From positions 320,001 to 384,000 of the forward strand of contig CAWCMR010000013.1 in assembly GCA_963796685.1 (NCBI GenBank): 64,000 nt of DNA. The letters are read 5' to 3'. Below the pieces are notes generated by a model. It did not search any database. It worked only from the letters and a program-made list of their open reading frames with translations, and had not been told where the DNA came from. Origin of the DNA: an uncultured delta proteobacterium. GTDB lineage: Bacteria > Myxococcota_A > Polyangia > Fen-1088. Positions 1 to 9,118 of this stretch are shown one piece after another. Numbering within the stretch: position 1 is the first letter of the stretch; each line of letters begins with the position of its first letter. A program made the position numbers and the translations under genes.

Positions 1-162
1 CGGACCATCGTGCCCTGTGGACTTCGCCAGGCTGGCGTCACGTCCGTCGCGACTCTTCTTGGACACACGTGCGACCTGCCTGAATTGTCCGAACGTCTTT
101 CGCATGCCTTTGAACGCTCCTTCGTTCAGCGCCTGGTCCGAATTTCTGCTTCCTCTTCGCGA

Positions 163-192
163 TTGCAAATCGCAAAGGGAAATCTGTAAGAT
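163..192 (+). promoter_or_regulatory. Candidate sigma70 promoter of the ATP-grasp gene (TTGCAA-18-TAAGAT); the -35 lies inside the palindrome GCGATT-GCA-AATCGC
   Basis: Hexamers read directly from the sequence; GTG start at 205. Confidence 0.45.
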
Positions 193-204
193 AGACTCAC
201 CATC

Positions 205-1350
205 GTGAAGGTACGGAGCAGGCCGCGCATCGTAGTCATCTACAATCGCGACTTCGAGGGAGCCGAAGCGGACCCCGAGAACAAGGCGCGGGAGGACGTC
301 AAGGACGTCGCGAAGGATGTGCTTCGCATTCTGGGAACGGGCGGATTCGATATCGCCGAGCTTGGAGTGACCAACGATATCCCCGTGGCGATTTCCACCT
401 TGGTGGAGATGAAGCCGGACGCGGTCTTCAACCTGTGCGAATCGATCCACGGCGACAATCGTTTCGAGTCGCTCATGCCGCTGCTCATGGATCTGGAGAA
501 CATCGCCTATACTGGGTCGTGTTCTTTTGCGCTCTCCCTCGCCTTGCGCAAAGAGAAGGTCAAGGACATCTTGCGCGGCTGCGGCGTTCCGGTCGCTCGC
601 GGAGGCATGGTCAATGCCGTGGAGGATTGCGTGCGGGTGGCCGTGGGGTTCCCCGCCATCGTCAAGCCTGCCCGCGAGGATGCCTCGGTCGGGATCTGCA
701 GTGCCTCCGTCGTGCACGACCAGAAGGCGCTGGAACGGCGGGTTGCCCATGTCCTCGAGAACTACCGCCAGCCAGCCCTCATCGAGGAATTCATCGATGG
801 ACGGGAGATCTACGTTTCGATCCTCGAGCGCATGGACGCCGATCCCCTGGTGTTTCCCTTCTTCGAGATCGACTTCTCCGACATGCCCGGCGACCGTCCC
901 AACATCGTGTCCTTCGAGGGCAAGTGGGTGGAGGACTCGATCGAGTACAAAGGCACGCGGCCGGTGCGGTGCGAAGGGTTGTCCGCCGAGTTGCGCTCCA
1001 CCATCGCACAGACCGCGCTGAATGCCTTCCGGGCGGTCGGCCTGCGCGACTATGGGCGCATGGACTTCCGACTCTCGACGTCCGGCGTTCCCTATGTCAT
1101 CGATGTAAACCCCAATTGCGATCTGTCGGATCTCGCAGGCGGATACTCGCGTGCGGCCAAGGCGGCTGGCCTTTCTTACAAGGAGCTGATTGTCAGCATC
1201 GCCGGGTTGGCCATGGCCAGGCAGGAACGCCTGAATACCATCGCAAGGTTCCCATCGGCCATGGGGCTGGCGGCGGAGGTCACCGGGATGGCCAGCATAC
1301 CGACCAAGGTCCGGGCTCGATCGCCCCGAGGGGGTGCAGGCTCGGTCTGA
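205..1350 (+). CDS. D-alanine--D-alanine ligase family ATP-grasp protein
   Basis: Motifs VFNLCES, YTGS, IVKPAREDASVGI, LIEEFIDGRE, GLRDYGRMDFR and DVNPNCDL. Lacks the canonical Ddl N-terminal GGxSxE motif. Confidence 0.8.
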   Translation: MKVRSRPRIVVIYNRDFEGAEADPENKAREDVKDVAKDVLRILGTGGFDIAELGVTNDIPVAISTLVEMKPDAVFNLCESIHGDNRFESLMPLLMDLENIAYTGSCSFALSLALRKEKVKDILRGCGVPVARGGMVNAVEDCVRVAVGFPAIVKPAREDASVGICSASVVHDQKALERRVAHVLENYRQPALIEEFIDGREIYVSILERMDADPLVFPFFEIDFSDMPGDRPNIVSFEGKWVEDSIEYKGTRPVRCEGLSAELRSTIAQTALNAFRAVGLRDYGRMDFRLSTSGVPYVIDVNPNCDLSDLAGGYSRAAKAAGLSYKELIVSIAGLAMARQERLNTIARFPSAMGLAAEVTGMASIPTKVRARSPRGGAGSV

Positions 1351-1420
1351 AGCACCTTGCGGAGACCGGAGGATTCCGGCCTTTCGAACGGGCCAGTGCG
1401 CGCCGGCAAGGAGATTGGCG

Positions 1421-2353
1421 ATGACCGAGAAGGGGCACGCGAAGATCCTTGTGGTTGCGGCACTTGCCTGCTGTGGCTTGTCTGCCGGCTGCAAGGGGTG
1501 TGGCAAAGAGAAGCCGATCGCCGCGCCCGAGCGACCCAGTCTCGCTGCGGTCGCCGTGAGACCGATCGCTCCGATTCAGTGGCGTGGGAAGACGATCCAG
1601 GTGGACGGTACGCTACTCGCCGCAAAGGCCAGGAAGATTCTGGAAGATGCGGAGGTCTTCGCCGTCCCTGGTGCGAATCGCCCGACCGCCAGGGTCGACC
1701 TGGAGGTCGAATTGGTCAGTGCCGCCGAATCCGGCGAACCCGAACCCGAGATTGGAGCGAGGGTCCGCTTGCGCGTCACGGTTCACCCCAGCATGGAGCC
1801 GGCAAGATTCGCCGAGGACGTGGTTGCCATGGGGCAGACGCCGCTAGCCCAAGGAGAGATGGACGACGTACAACCCGTATTCCAGCGCTTGGCCGAGCGT
1901 ACGGTGGCAGACCTCCTGCATGCCTACTTGGCCAGGCAGAAGTTGTGGGACGGCAGCGAGCAGCAGGTCGCCGTGGCTCTGGGCTCGACCGAAAGCGACC
2001 TGCGCGTGGAGGCCATGCGCATCGTTGCCGCGCGAAACTTGCGCGGCGAGATTCCCACGGTCTTGAGCCTGCTGTCAGATGACGACGAGAACGTGAGGGA
2101 CGCTGCCTTGGGAACGCTGGTCGCCTTGCGAGAACGCGGCGCCGTAAAGGCCCTGGCCAAGTCGCGCCCGATGCGCGACACGCGCGAGATGCGCAAGATT
2201 CTCGATGCCATCGCCACGCTGGGTGGACGAGAAGCGCGGGACTACCTGAGCTTCGTGGCAGAGACCCATGATGATGAAGAGGTTCGAGCCATGGCCAAGA
2301 CCGCGCTGGAGCGACTCTTGAGGCACGACAATCTAAACCAGCCAACAAGATAG
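1421..2353 (+). CDS. Lipoprotein with C-terminal HEAT repeats
   Basis: AAGGAG SD before ATG 1421; lipobox-like LSAGC; HEAT-like units LLSDDDENVRDAALGTL and THDDEEVRAMAKTAL. Confidence 0.75.
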   Translation: MTEKGHAKILVVAALACCGLSAGCKGCGKEKPIAAPERPSLAAVAVRPIAPIQWRGKTIQVDGTLLAAKARKILEDAEVFAVPGANRPTARVDLEVELVSAAESGEPEPEIGARVRLRVTVHPSMEPARFAEDVVAMGQTPLAQGEMDDVQPVFQRLAERTVADLLHAYLARQKLWDGSEQQVAVALGSTESDLRVEAMRIVAARNLRGEIPTVLSLLSDDDENVRDAALGTLVALRERGAVKALAKSRPMRDTREMRKILDAIATLGGREARDYLSFVAETHDDEEVRAMAKTALERLLRHDNLNQPTR

Positions 2354-2358
2354 GCGAA

Positions 2359-2387
2359 TTGCAAAAAATACAATAAAAACATATAAT
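2359..2387 (+). promoter_or_regulatory. Near-consensus sigma70 promoter TTGCAA-17-TATAAT in an AT-rich patch
   Basis: Read directly; lies 7 nt upstream of the ORF start (TTG 2395). Confidence 0.7.
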
Positions 2388-2394
2388 CATCCCA

Positions 2395-5300
2395 TTGGTT
2401 TTGGTCAATCAAGTTGTCAGTACTGGACGCGGAGGCGCGCGGGATGAACCGTCCATCGGGCGCTACCGGCGGATTCGCCGACTCTCGGCCGGCGCCTTCG
2501 GAGAAGTCTACCTGGTCGAAGATCCTTCGAAGCGGTGTCGATACGCGCTGAAGCTGCTTCCCGCGCAGGCGACATCGCGCGGCCTGCACGGAGAGTTTGC
2601 CCGTCTCACCGAGCTTTCCCATCCCAACATCGTTCGCGTGGTCGATGCGGGCGTGCTGACGGTCGGCGAGCTTGCCGGTCGCGCTTTTCTGGTCATGGAC
2701 TATGTCGCGGGGCGGACCCTCTCCGAGTCGTTCGCCTTGGCTTTGCCAGGAGAGCTGCTCGGGCGCTTCGCCAGGGTGGCGGAAGCGCTGGTCGATGCCC
2801 TCGCGTACTTGCATGGCCAAGGAATCGTCCACGGCGACATCAGTCCGGCCAACATCCGCTGCGATGAAACCGGACGACCGGTTCTCATCGACTTCGGCCT
2901 TGCCCGACACCTGTCCCCGTCGGGCGGGGCAGGTGCTTCGGGCGTTTCGGGCACGCTGGGTTTCCTTGCCCCCGAGGCCCTACTTGGCGAAAGCGGCCAT
3001 CCCGGAGATCTCTTCGCTCTCGGGGCCACGCTCTATGATGCCTGGACCGGAACGCCGCCCTTCGGTCTGGGAGTGGAGTCGATCAAGCAGGTCTGGCAAG
3101 GCCCACCGATCGCCCCTTCGTCCCTGCATTCGGGCCTGCCACCGGCCTGGGACCGCCTGTTGCTCGGGCTGCTGGCCCCCGCCACGGAGGATCGTCCGGC
3201 GAGTGCGCGAGAGGTCTTGCGGGCGATTCGTCGGGAGCTGCCTGACAAGAAGATGCATGGGGTGGAGTCGGACCTGGGCGTTCCTTACCCCGCGGGCGAT
3301 CCCTTGGCCGGCGTGGTGGTGGGAAGAGCGGATGAACAAGCCAAGCTGAGGCGTCACCTCGAAGAGCTTGCGGACGGCTCCAGTTTGGCGAGCATCCTGT
3401 GCATCGTCGGAGCGCCCGGTTCGGGACGGCGCACGCTCGTCCGGCGCGCTCTTCGCGAGGCTCGCCTTGCCATCCTCTCGCAGACCTTGGAGGCCTTCGA
3501 TATCGAGGAAGGGGAGTGCACCGACATCCTCGGTCGAAGCGAAGCTGCATCCCTGTCGGGGGAGACGCCGCTGCAGGAATCGGCCAGCCAGGTGCGGGCA
3601 AGCTTGGCCCGCCTCGCGGGCGAGCTGGAAGCGCGTGCGCAGGTCCGGCCTCTGTGTCTGGCCCTTGCCGGCTCACCCGAGGACGAGGCGCTGGCCAGGT
3701 CCATTGCCGGCAACCTACCAAGCGGACGCTTGTTGGTCCTCCTGCCGTGCGAGCGAGAGATGGAATGGCCAGGGTGCGTCGCAGTCAGGTTGGCGCCCTT
3801 GTCGCGCGAGTCCATCGCCGAGCTCGCCCGCCGGGGCGCAGGCTGCGATTCGCCACCGGAAATCTTGGATGAGATCGCCGCAGCATCGGCTGGGTTGGCG
3901 GGCGCGAGCGCAATACTGGTTCGCAGCTGGATCGCCCGTCTGCGCGGAGGCAAGCCGCCGCTTGGCAGCTTGGTCGAGGGCGATCCCGACATGGCCCGCT
4001 TGCTCGACGCCAGTTTTGCATCCTTGGGCAGGGCCGCACGGGTCCGCGTGTTGACCGGCGCGCTTGCACCTGCGGGCGAAGGAGTGTCGGAAGGCACCGA
4101 CGGCGAGGGGCGGGCCGAAGCCGAGGCGCAAGCCGCCGGCTGGATGCTTGCGGACTGCGCCCGCCTGCCGAGCACGGCGCACCTCTCGGCCGTTTGGCGC
4201 GCGCTCGCCCAGGACGCCGATCTGCAAAAGGTCGCACAAGAGCTTGCGGACGCGTTGCCGGAGGTCGACGAGCGGAAGGCCGAAGTGCTGCTGGTGCTCG
4301 GCGAAGAGGGGAGGGCTGCGGCTGGTTTCCGGCAAGCGATGCGTGCTGCGCTGGCGAAGATGGCCTGGAGCAAAGTCGCCGAGTACGGCCTTCGAGCGCG
4401 CGCCGCCGATGGCGCGAGTGGAACGCACGAGGATCGGCTGGGCTTGGCCAGCGCACTCGGCATCCTGGGGCGCTACGATGAAGCCCTCGATCTGCTCGCC
4501 TCGGGCGCGCGGCCCAGCGCGCCTGCCGACGTGGCGTTGCTCGCCGAGCGCAAGGCATGGCTGCTCGGCAGGCGCGGCGATCCCGAGGCCGCACGATGCA
4601 TCCTCGAAGAGGCGCTGCCCGGCATCTCGGCCGACGAGGAAGCCACCTTGCTGCTGCGCTCGCGGCTGGCGCGCGTACTGGTGACGAGTGGGCGCTTTGC
4701 CGAGGCCCTCACCGTCGCGGAGCCGGCCATGGCGGTGCGATCGAGAACGGCCATGGCGGCGCGGGAATCGGCGGTGCTCGCGCTTGCCTATTCGGGCAGG
4801 TTGGAGGAGGCGCGTCGGATTCTCGATACGTTGACCTTGGAGGCGAACGAAATCCGGGATTCGTCGCTCCTGGCGCGCGTGGCCGCCTTGGATGGACTGG
4901 TGGCGCAGCTCTTCGGCCGCCCGCTGCAGGCCGCTGCGGCCTATGCGGTGGCGGTACGCCAATACGAACAGATCCGGGACCTCCACGGCGCCGCTGCCGC
5001 CGCCTTCAATCTGGGGTGTTCCTTGGCCGAGATAGGCGACTACGCCGGCAGCATCGAGGCCCTCGAACGCGCCGTGCGCGAGCTCGGACGCCTGGGCGCC
5101 GTGACCGATCACGCATTGGCAGTCTTCAACGTCGGGCAGTTGCTCTTGCAGCTAGGCGATCTGGAGGCGGCGGCGAGAGCGGCCGGCGAGCTGGAGGATG
5201 AGGCTCGCGCCTCGCATGTCGAGGCGTTCGAAGGTTATGCACGGCTGCTCGCCGCCCAGGTCCAGCGCAAGCAGGGGGGCCAGGTTGACGCCACGCGTGG

Positions 5301-7425
5301 CTACCAATCGGCGGCGGAGGTCTTTTCCAGGCTTGGAATGCAGGCCATGGCAGAGGTCGCTGACCTCGAGCGGGCCGAGGTGCTTGCGCAGCAAGCGGAG
5401 ATTCCCCGTGCCCGGGAGATCCTGTTCCATGCCGAGGGATCCGGGCGGGGGGCGGCGCAAGCCGCCGGAAACACATCCGCGGTACCCAGGTCGGAAATGC
5501 TTGCCTGCGCCCGAGCTCGCGTCGACTTGGCCGATCCGGCGTCCACGGGGATCGAGCAGGGCGCCTTGGCCGAGTCCCTGTTTCGCGGTGCCGCCCATGC
5601 CAGGGATCTCGGGCGGCTGCCCATGGCCTGGCGTCTCGCCAGCCTGGCGTCGCAGCTCTTCGCGCGCGAGCGCGACGAGCGCCAGCAGCAGGCACTCGAT
5701 ATCGCGCGCACGTGCTTTCGGGAGGTGAAGATGAAAACGCCCGCCAAATACTGGCCCGGACTCGCGGCCGACAACGAGGCCAAGATCATCGAGTTGCAAG
5801 CCGACGAGAGCAAGCGTGCGGTGGGGCTGGTCGAACGTGCCGCCGTTCTCGAAAGCCGCCTGCGCCGCCTTCTGCGCATCAACAAGAGGCTCAACAGCGA
5901 CCTCCGGCTCTCGCGCGTGCTCGAAACCATCATCGACACCGTCATCGAGCTGACCGATGCCGAACGGGGCTTCCTCTTGCTCAAGGACACGGACGGTGCG
6001 CTGGTGGTGAAGGTGGCGCGCAACATCGACCAGACCACCCTCGAAGGGCCGAGCTCGTCGTTGTCTCGATCCATCGCCAAGCAGGCCGCGGACAGTGGCG
6101 AGCCGGTCATCGCCGTCGATGCCGCGGGGGATAGCCGCTTCAGCGAATTGCTCTCGGTCAGCGATCTTCACCTGCGCTCCGTCCTGGCCGTGCCGCTGAC
6201 CGTGAAGGGTCAGGTCGTAGGCACGATCTACGTCGATCACCGGCTGCGCAAGGGCGTGTTCGGGGACGACGAATTGGCCATGGTGCTCGATTTCGCCGAG
6301 CAGGGTGCCATCGCTATCGAGAACGCGCGGGTAGTCTCCGAGCTACGCCGCCGGGAGCAGCAGGTCCAGTCGCTCAATCGTCGACTGGAACGAGAGCTCA
6401 AGGTTCAGGAGGCGGCTCTGAGCGACGCGAGGGTCGAGCTCAAAGAGAGCCGCCAGGCCGCGGCCTTGCGCTACGACTATCGGCAAATTGTCGGACAGTC
6501 GCCGCCCATGCTGGATCTGTTTCGCCTGCTCGATCGGGTGACCGACACCGGCTTGCCGGTGATCATCGAGGGCGAGAGCGGTACGGGCAAGGAGTTGGTG
6601 GCCCGGGCCATTCATTTTCATGGTCCGCGCAAGGACCACGCCTTTGTCTCGGAGAATTGTGCGGCCATTCCCGAGACGCTGCTCGAATCGGCGCTGTTCG
6701 GCCACGTGCGTGGCGCCTTTACCGGTGCCGATCGGGAGGCGCGCGGCCTGTTCGCCATCGCCAACGGCGGCACCCTGTTTCTGGATGAAGTGGCGGAGAT
6801 GTCGCCTGCCATGCAGGGCAAGCTCCTGCGCGTGCTTCAGGACGGCGAGTTCCGTCGCGTGGGCGGAGAGCGAGGGGAAAAGGCCGATGTTCGGGTCCTG
6901 GTGGCGACCAACAAGAACCTTTCCGACCTGGTGGAGAGCGGAAGTTTTCGCAAGGACCTGTTCTACCGTCTGAGCGTTGTGCGCTTGCATCTACCGCCCT
7001 TGCGCGAGCGGCGCGAGGACATCCCGCTCCTTTTGCGCCACTTTTTGGAGAAGGCCGCGCAACAAACCGGCAGTGCCGTGAAGAGCATCGAGCCCACCGC
7101 GCTTACCAAGCTGTGCCGCCACGGCTGGCCGGGCAATGTGCGCGAGCTAGAAAACGAGATTGCCAGGGCAGGGGCCTTCGCTGGAGCGAGCATCGGGGTT
7201 TCCGACCTTTCACCCCACATTCAAACCGGACAGGACCCGAGCGAGACCCTGCGCAACGAGCCTGACAGCCTGCGCATAAAGCAGCGCGTCGAACGCGTCG
7301 AGAGGCAGCTCATTCGAGAGGCTATGGGGCGTTCGCAGGGAAATCAGACCAAGGCCGCGGCCCTACTCGGGCTTTCCCGGTTCGGCCTGCAAAAGAAGCT
7401 GCGTCGCTATAACCTGAGCCTCTAG
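2395..7425 (+). CDS. Ser/Thr kinase - degenerate AAA - TPR - GAF - sigma54 enhancer-binding protein with Fis HTH (1676 aa)
   Basis: Kinase motifs SAGAFGEV, YALK, HGDISPAN, DFG, APE; VVGR...GAPGSGRRT; helical repeats; GAF (LRSVLAVPL...IYVD); GESGTGKE, GAFTGA, LFLDE, WPGNVREL; GNQTKAAALLGLSR HTH. Exact start uncertain. Confidence 0.9.
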   Translation: MVLVNQVVSTGRGGARDEPSIGRYRRIRRLSAGAFGEVYLVEDPSKRCRYALKLLPAQATSRGLHGEFARLTELSHPNIVRVVDAGVLTVGELAGRAFLVMDYVAGRTLSESFALALPGELLGRFARVAEALVDALAYLHGQGIVHGDISPANIRCDETGRPVLIDFGLARHLSPSGGAGASGVSGTLGFLAPEALLGESGHPGDLFALGATLYDAWTGTPPFGLGVESIKQVWQGPPIAPSSLHSGLPPAWDRLLLGLLAPATEDRPASAREVLRAIRRELPDKKMHGVESDLGVPYPAGDPLAGVVVGRADEQAKLRRHLEELADGSSLASILCIVGAPGSGRRTLVRRALREARLAILSQTLEAFDIEEGECTDILGRSEAASLSGETPLQESASQVRASLARLAGELEARAQVRPLCLALAGSPEDEALARSIAGNLPSGRLLVLLPCEREMEWPGCVAVRLAPLSRESIAELARRGAGCDSPPEILDEIAAASAGLAGASAILVRSWIARLRGGKPPLGSLVEGDPDMARLLDASFASLGRAARVRVLTGALAPAGEGVSEGTDGEGRAEAEAQAAGWMLADCARLPSTAHLSAVWRALAQDADLQKVAQELADALPEVDERKAEVLLVLGEEGRAAAGFRQAMRAALAKMAWSKVAEYGLRARAADGASGTHEDRLGLASALGILGRYDEALDLLASGARPSAPADVALLAERKAWLLGRRGDPEAARCILEEALPGISADEEATLLLRSRLARVLVTSGRFAEALTVAEPAMAVRSRTAMAARESAVLALAYSGRLEEARRILDTLTLEANEIRDSSLLARVAALDGLVAQLFGRPLQAAAAYAVAVRQYEQIRDLHGAAAAAFNLGCSLAEIGDYAGSIEALERAVRELGRLGAVTDHALAVFNVGQLLLQLGDLEAAARAAGELEDEARASHVEAFEGYARLLAAQVQRKQGGQVDATRGYQSAAEVFSRLGMQAMAEVADLERAEVLAQQAEIPRAREILFHAEGSGRGAAQAAGNTSAVPRSEMLACARARVDLADPASTGIEQGALAESLFRGAAHARDLGRLPMAWRLASLASQLFARERDERQQQALDIARTCFREVKMKTPAKYWPGLAADNEAKIIELQADESKRAVGLVERAAVLESRLRRLLRINKRLNSDLRLSRVLETIIDTVIELTDAERGFLLLKDTDGALVVKVARNIDQTTLEGPSSSLSRSIAKQAADSGEPVIAVDAAGDSRFSELLSVSDLHLRSVLAVPLTVKGQVVGTIYVDHRLRKGVFGDDELAMVLDFAEQGAIAIENARVVSELRRREQQVQSLNRRLERELKVQEAALSDARVELKESRQAAALRYDYRQIVGQSPPMLDLFRLLDRVTDTGLPVIIEGESGTGKELVARAIHFHGPRKDHAFVSENCAAIPETLLESALFGHVRGAFTGADREARGLFAIANGGTLFLDEVAEMSPAMQGKLLRVLQDGEFRRVGGERGEKADVRVLVATNKNLSDLVESGSFRKDLFYRLSVVRLHLPPLRERREDIPLLLRHFLEKAAQQTGSAVKSIEPTALTKLCRHGWPGNVRELENEIARAGAFAGASIGVSDLSPHIQTGQDPSETLRNEPDSLRIKQRVERVERQLIREAMGRSQGNQTKAAALLGLSRFGLQKKLRRYNLSL

Positions 7426-7500
7426 ACAACCCGGTTGGCGTTGGAAGCATCCGATGTTGGCAATTCGGCGAGCACGTTGAAGGGATTCCGTGGCAAGATC

Positions 7501-7517
7501 TCGGCCCGATATTCGCA
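7501..7517 (+). promoter_or_regulatory. Candidate sigma54 -24/-12 promoter (CGGCCCG...TTCGCA; GG-N10-GC)
   Basis: GG 7503-7504 and GC 7515-7516 give the exact spacing; directly downstream of a sigma54 activator gene. Confidence 0.4.
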
Positions 7518-7539
7518 TAGGCACAGCATGAGGGTTTCC

Positions 7540-7965
7540 ATGAACTGCGGACCAAGAGGCAACCGGCTGATGCGCAACCGGCTGGCGAGCAACCGGCTGA
7601 TGAGATGGTTGGCTGGCGTCATCGCTGGCGCGTCCTACCTGCTCATCTTTGCCTGTAATTCACCCTTCATCCCCATTCCACCGCCGAATCCTTCCTTCAC
7701 CGAGAGCGCCAGCACGCCTGGCGAGTGGGAGGTCTCGACGCCGGCCGACGCGCGTGCCGGCGGTGCGCGTTTCTATATTTACAACGGGTCGACCGGCAGT
7801 GGTCTCATTCAGCTCGCTGCACCGGATGGGTCGATGTATGCCTTTCCCCTGCAAGGGCAGGCTGGCGATCATATCCAGCTGCACTGGGAGCGCTCTGTCG
7901 CCGATGGTAGCTCGACAATATGCAGGCCACTCGGCGCCGGGCTAGTGCAGCAGAACTGCTTCTGA
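7540..7965 (+). CDS. Hypothetical lipoprotein
   Basis: Signal peptide ending LLIFAC followed by NSPFIPIPPP; start could be 7528, 7540, 7570 or 7600. Confidence 0.65.
   Translation: MNCGPRGNRLMRNRLASNRLMRWLAGVIAGASYLLIFACNSPFIPIPPPNPSFTESASTPGEWEVSTPADARAGGARFYIYNGSTGSGLIQLAAPDGSMYAFPLQGQAGDHIQLHWERSVADGSSTICRPLGAGLVQQNCF
7559..7603 (+). repeat. 3 x 15-nt tandem repeat with core GCAACCGGCTG
   Basis: Copies start at 7559, 7574 and 7589. Confidence 0.8.
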
Positions 7966-8006
7966 AGTGGCCTAACTGGCCGACGCAAGACGCGCTCTGG
8001 CTATGA

Positions 8007-8246
8007 CTAGGCCTGCGACCGGGTATCCGAGCGGGCTGGCAACACCAGATGGGCCTCAGCCGCCACCTCGGCATTGGCGGCGATGGCGAGCCCCGAGGTG
8101 GGCATGCGCTTGACCTCATCCCGTGCGATTCGCCAGGCGGCCTGGATGATCCACGACACGGACCTGTCCTGCCGAATGGCCTCTTTCTGCGTTTCCGCCA
8201 ACATGGCGGAATTGAAGTAGAGCGTGACCTTGCGTTTCTGAGACAC
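8007..8246 (-). CDS. TIGR04563 (MXAN_4361/4362)-type small ribbon-helix-helix protein
   Basis: KRKVTLYFNSAMLAETQKEAIRQDRSVSWIIQAAWRIAR matches the family pattern; GTG start at 8246. Confidence 0.8.
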   Translation of the reverse strand: MSQKRKVTLYFNSAMLAETQKEAIRQDRSVSWIIQAAWRIARDEVKRMPTSGLAIAANAEVAAEAHLVLPARSDTRSQA

Positions 8247-8293
8247 GTCGCTGTTCCGATGAAAGCGCAGGGGCCGGAAAGTCCGGCTTGGGC

Positions 8294-9085
8294 CTAGCGG
8301 CTGACCTTGGCCTTGAAGGGGACGAAGAATTGGAAATTGAGACTGAAGATCCAGTTGTTCGTCCATTCCAGATCGCGGGTGTCGGTGACCGTGTCTCCGT
8401 TAACGTCCCGACCGGAGGCATTGTTCTTGTAGAGGAGATCGCGAAATTCCAGGTTCAGGGCAAGCCAGTGGGTAAGAAAGGCGTGTGCCCCCACGCCGAA
8501 ATTCCCGGTCACCTCGGTCGTGGTGAACGCCTGGCATAGCGGAGGAGAGCCGGCACAGCTCGCTGGGGTCGGATCCTTGGCAGCCAGGTTGACGATTCCA
8601 CCGCCGGCGAGAACGTAGAAATCGAAGTAGCTGAAGAGACTGCTGAGCAGGGCGATCTTGCCCGAGAGTGGAATGAACTCGACTTGCCCGAGCAGCACGT
8701 ACCCGATGTGGTTCATCGTGGCCTCTCCGTCGGCCTGGTACGGCGTCTTGATGCTCGTCTGACCGGGAGGCGTAAGGGCGCCGTAGACGTCGTTGTTGAA
8801 CGAGCTCTTCCAACCTGGCGTCACATTGAATCCGCCAACCCCGGCCAGCGAGATCCAGTCGGTGAAATGGTAGGAGAGCTTGGGCATGAGCATCAGGGCA
8901 TTGTAGAAGTCCTGCCCGATGCTCACGCCCGCGCCGACGCCGAACTCGAAGCGCTTGTCGCGCAGCTCGAGGCGCTTGCGAATGACCGGAGCGTCCGTGA
9001 GGGGGCTCTTACGTTCCTTCTCGGCGCGGGCTATGGTTGGCAGGCAGACCAGACCGCCCACGAGCAGCGCGATAACCTTCCGCAT
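8294..9085 (-). CDS. Outer-membrane beta-barrel protein (TIGR04565-type, GltA-like)
   Basis: Signal peptide; IRKRLELRDKRFE, YHFTDW, GKIALL...DFY, WLALNLEFRD; C-terminal FFVP. SD AAGGA before ATG 9085. Confidence 0.75.
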   Translation of the reverse strand: MRKVIALLVGGLVCLPTIARAEKERKSPLTDAPVIRKRLELRDKRFEFGVGAGVSIGQDFYNALMLMPKLSYHFTDWISLAGVGGFNVTPGWKSSFNNDVYGALTPPGQTSIKTPYQADGEATMNHIGYVLLGQVEFIPLSGKIALLSSLFSYFDFYVLAGGGIVNLAAKDPTPASCAGSPPLCQAFTTTEVTGNFGVGAHAFLTHWLALNLEFRDLLYKNNASGRDVNGDTVTDTRDLEWTNNWIFSLNFQFFVPFKAKVSR

Positions 9086-9118
9086 GACTTGTGTCCTTTT
9101 CATCATGACGTCAACTCG

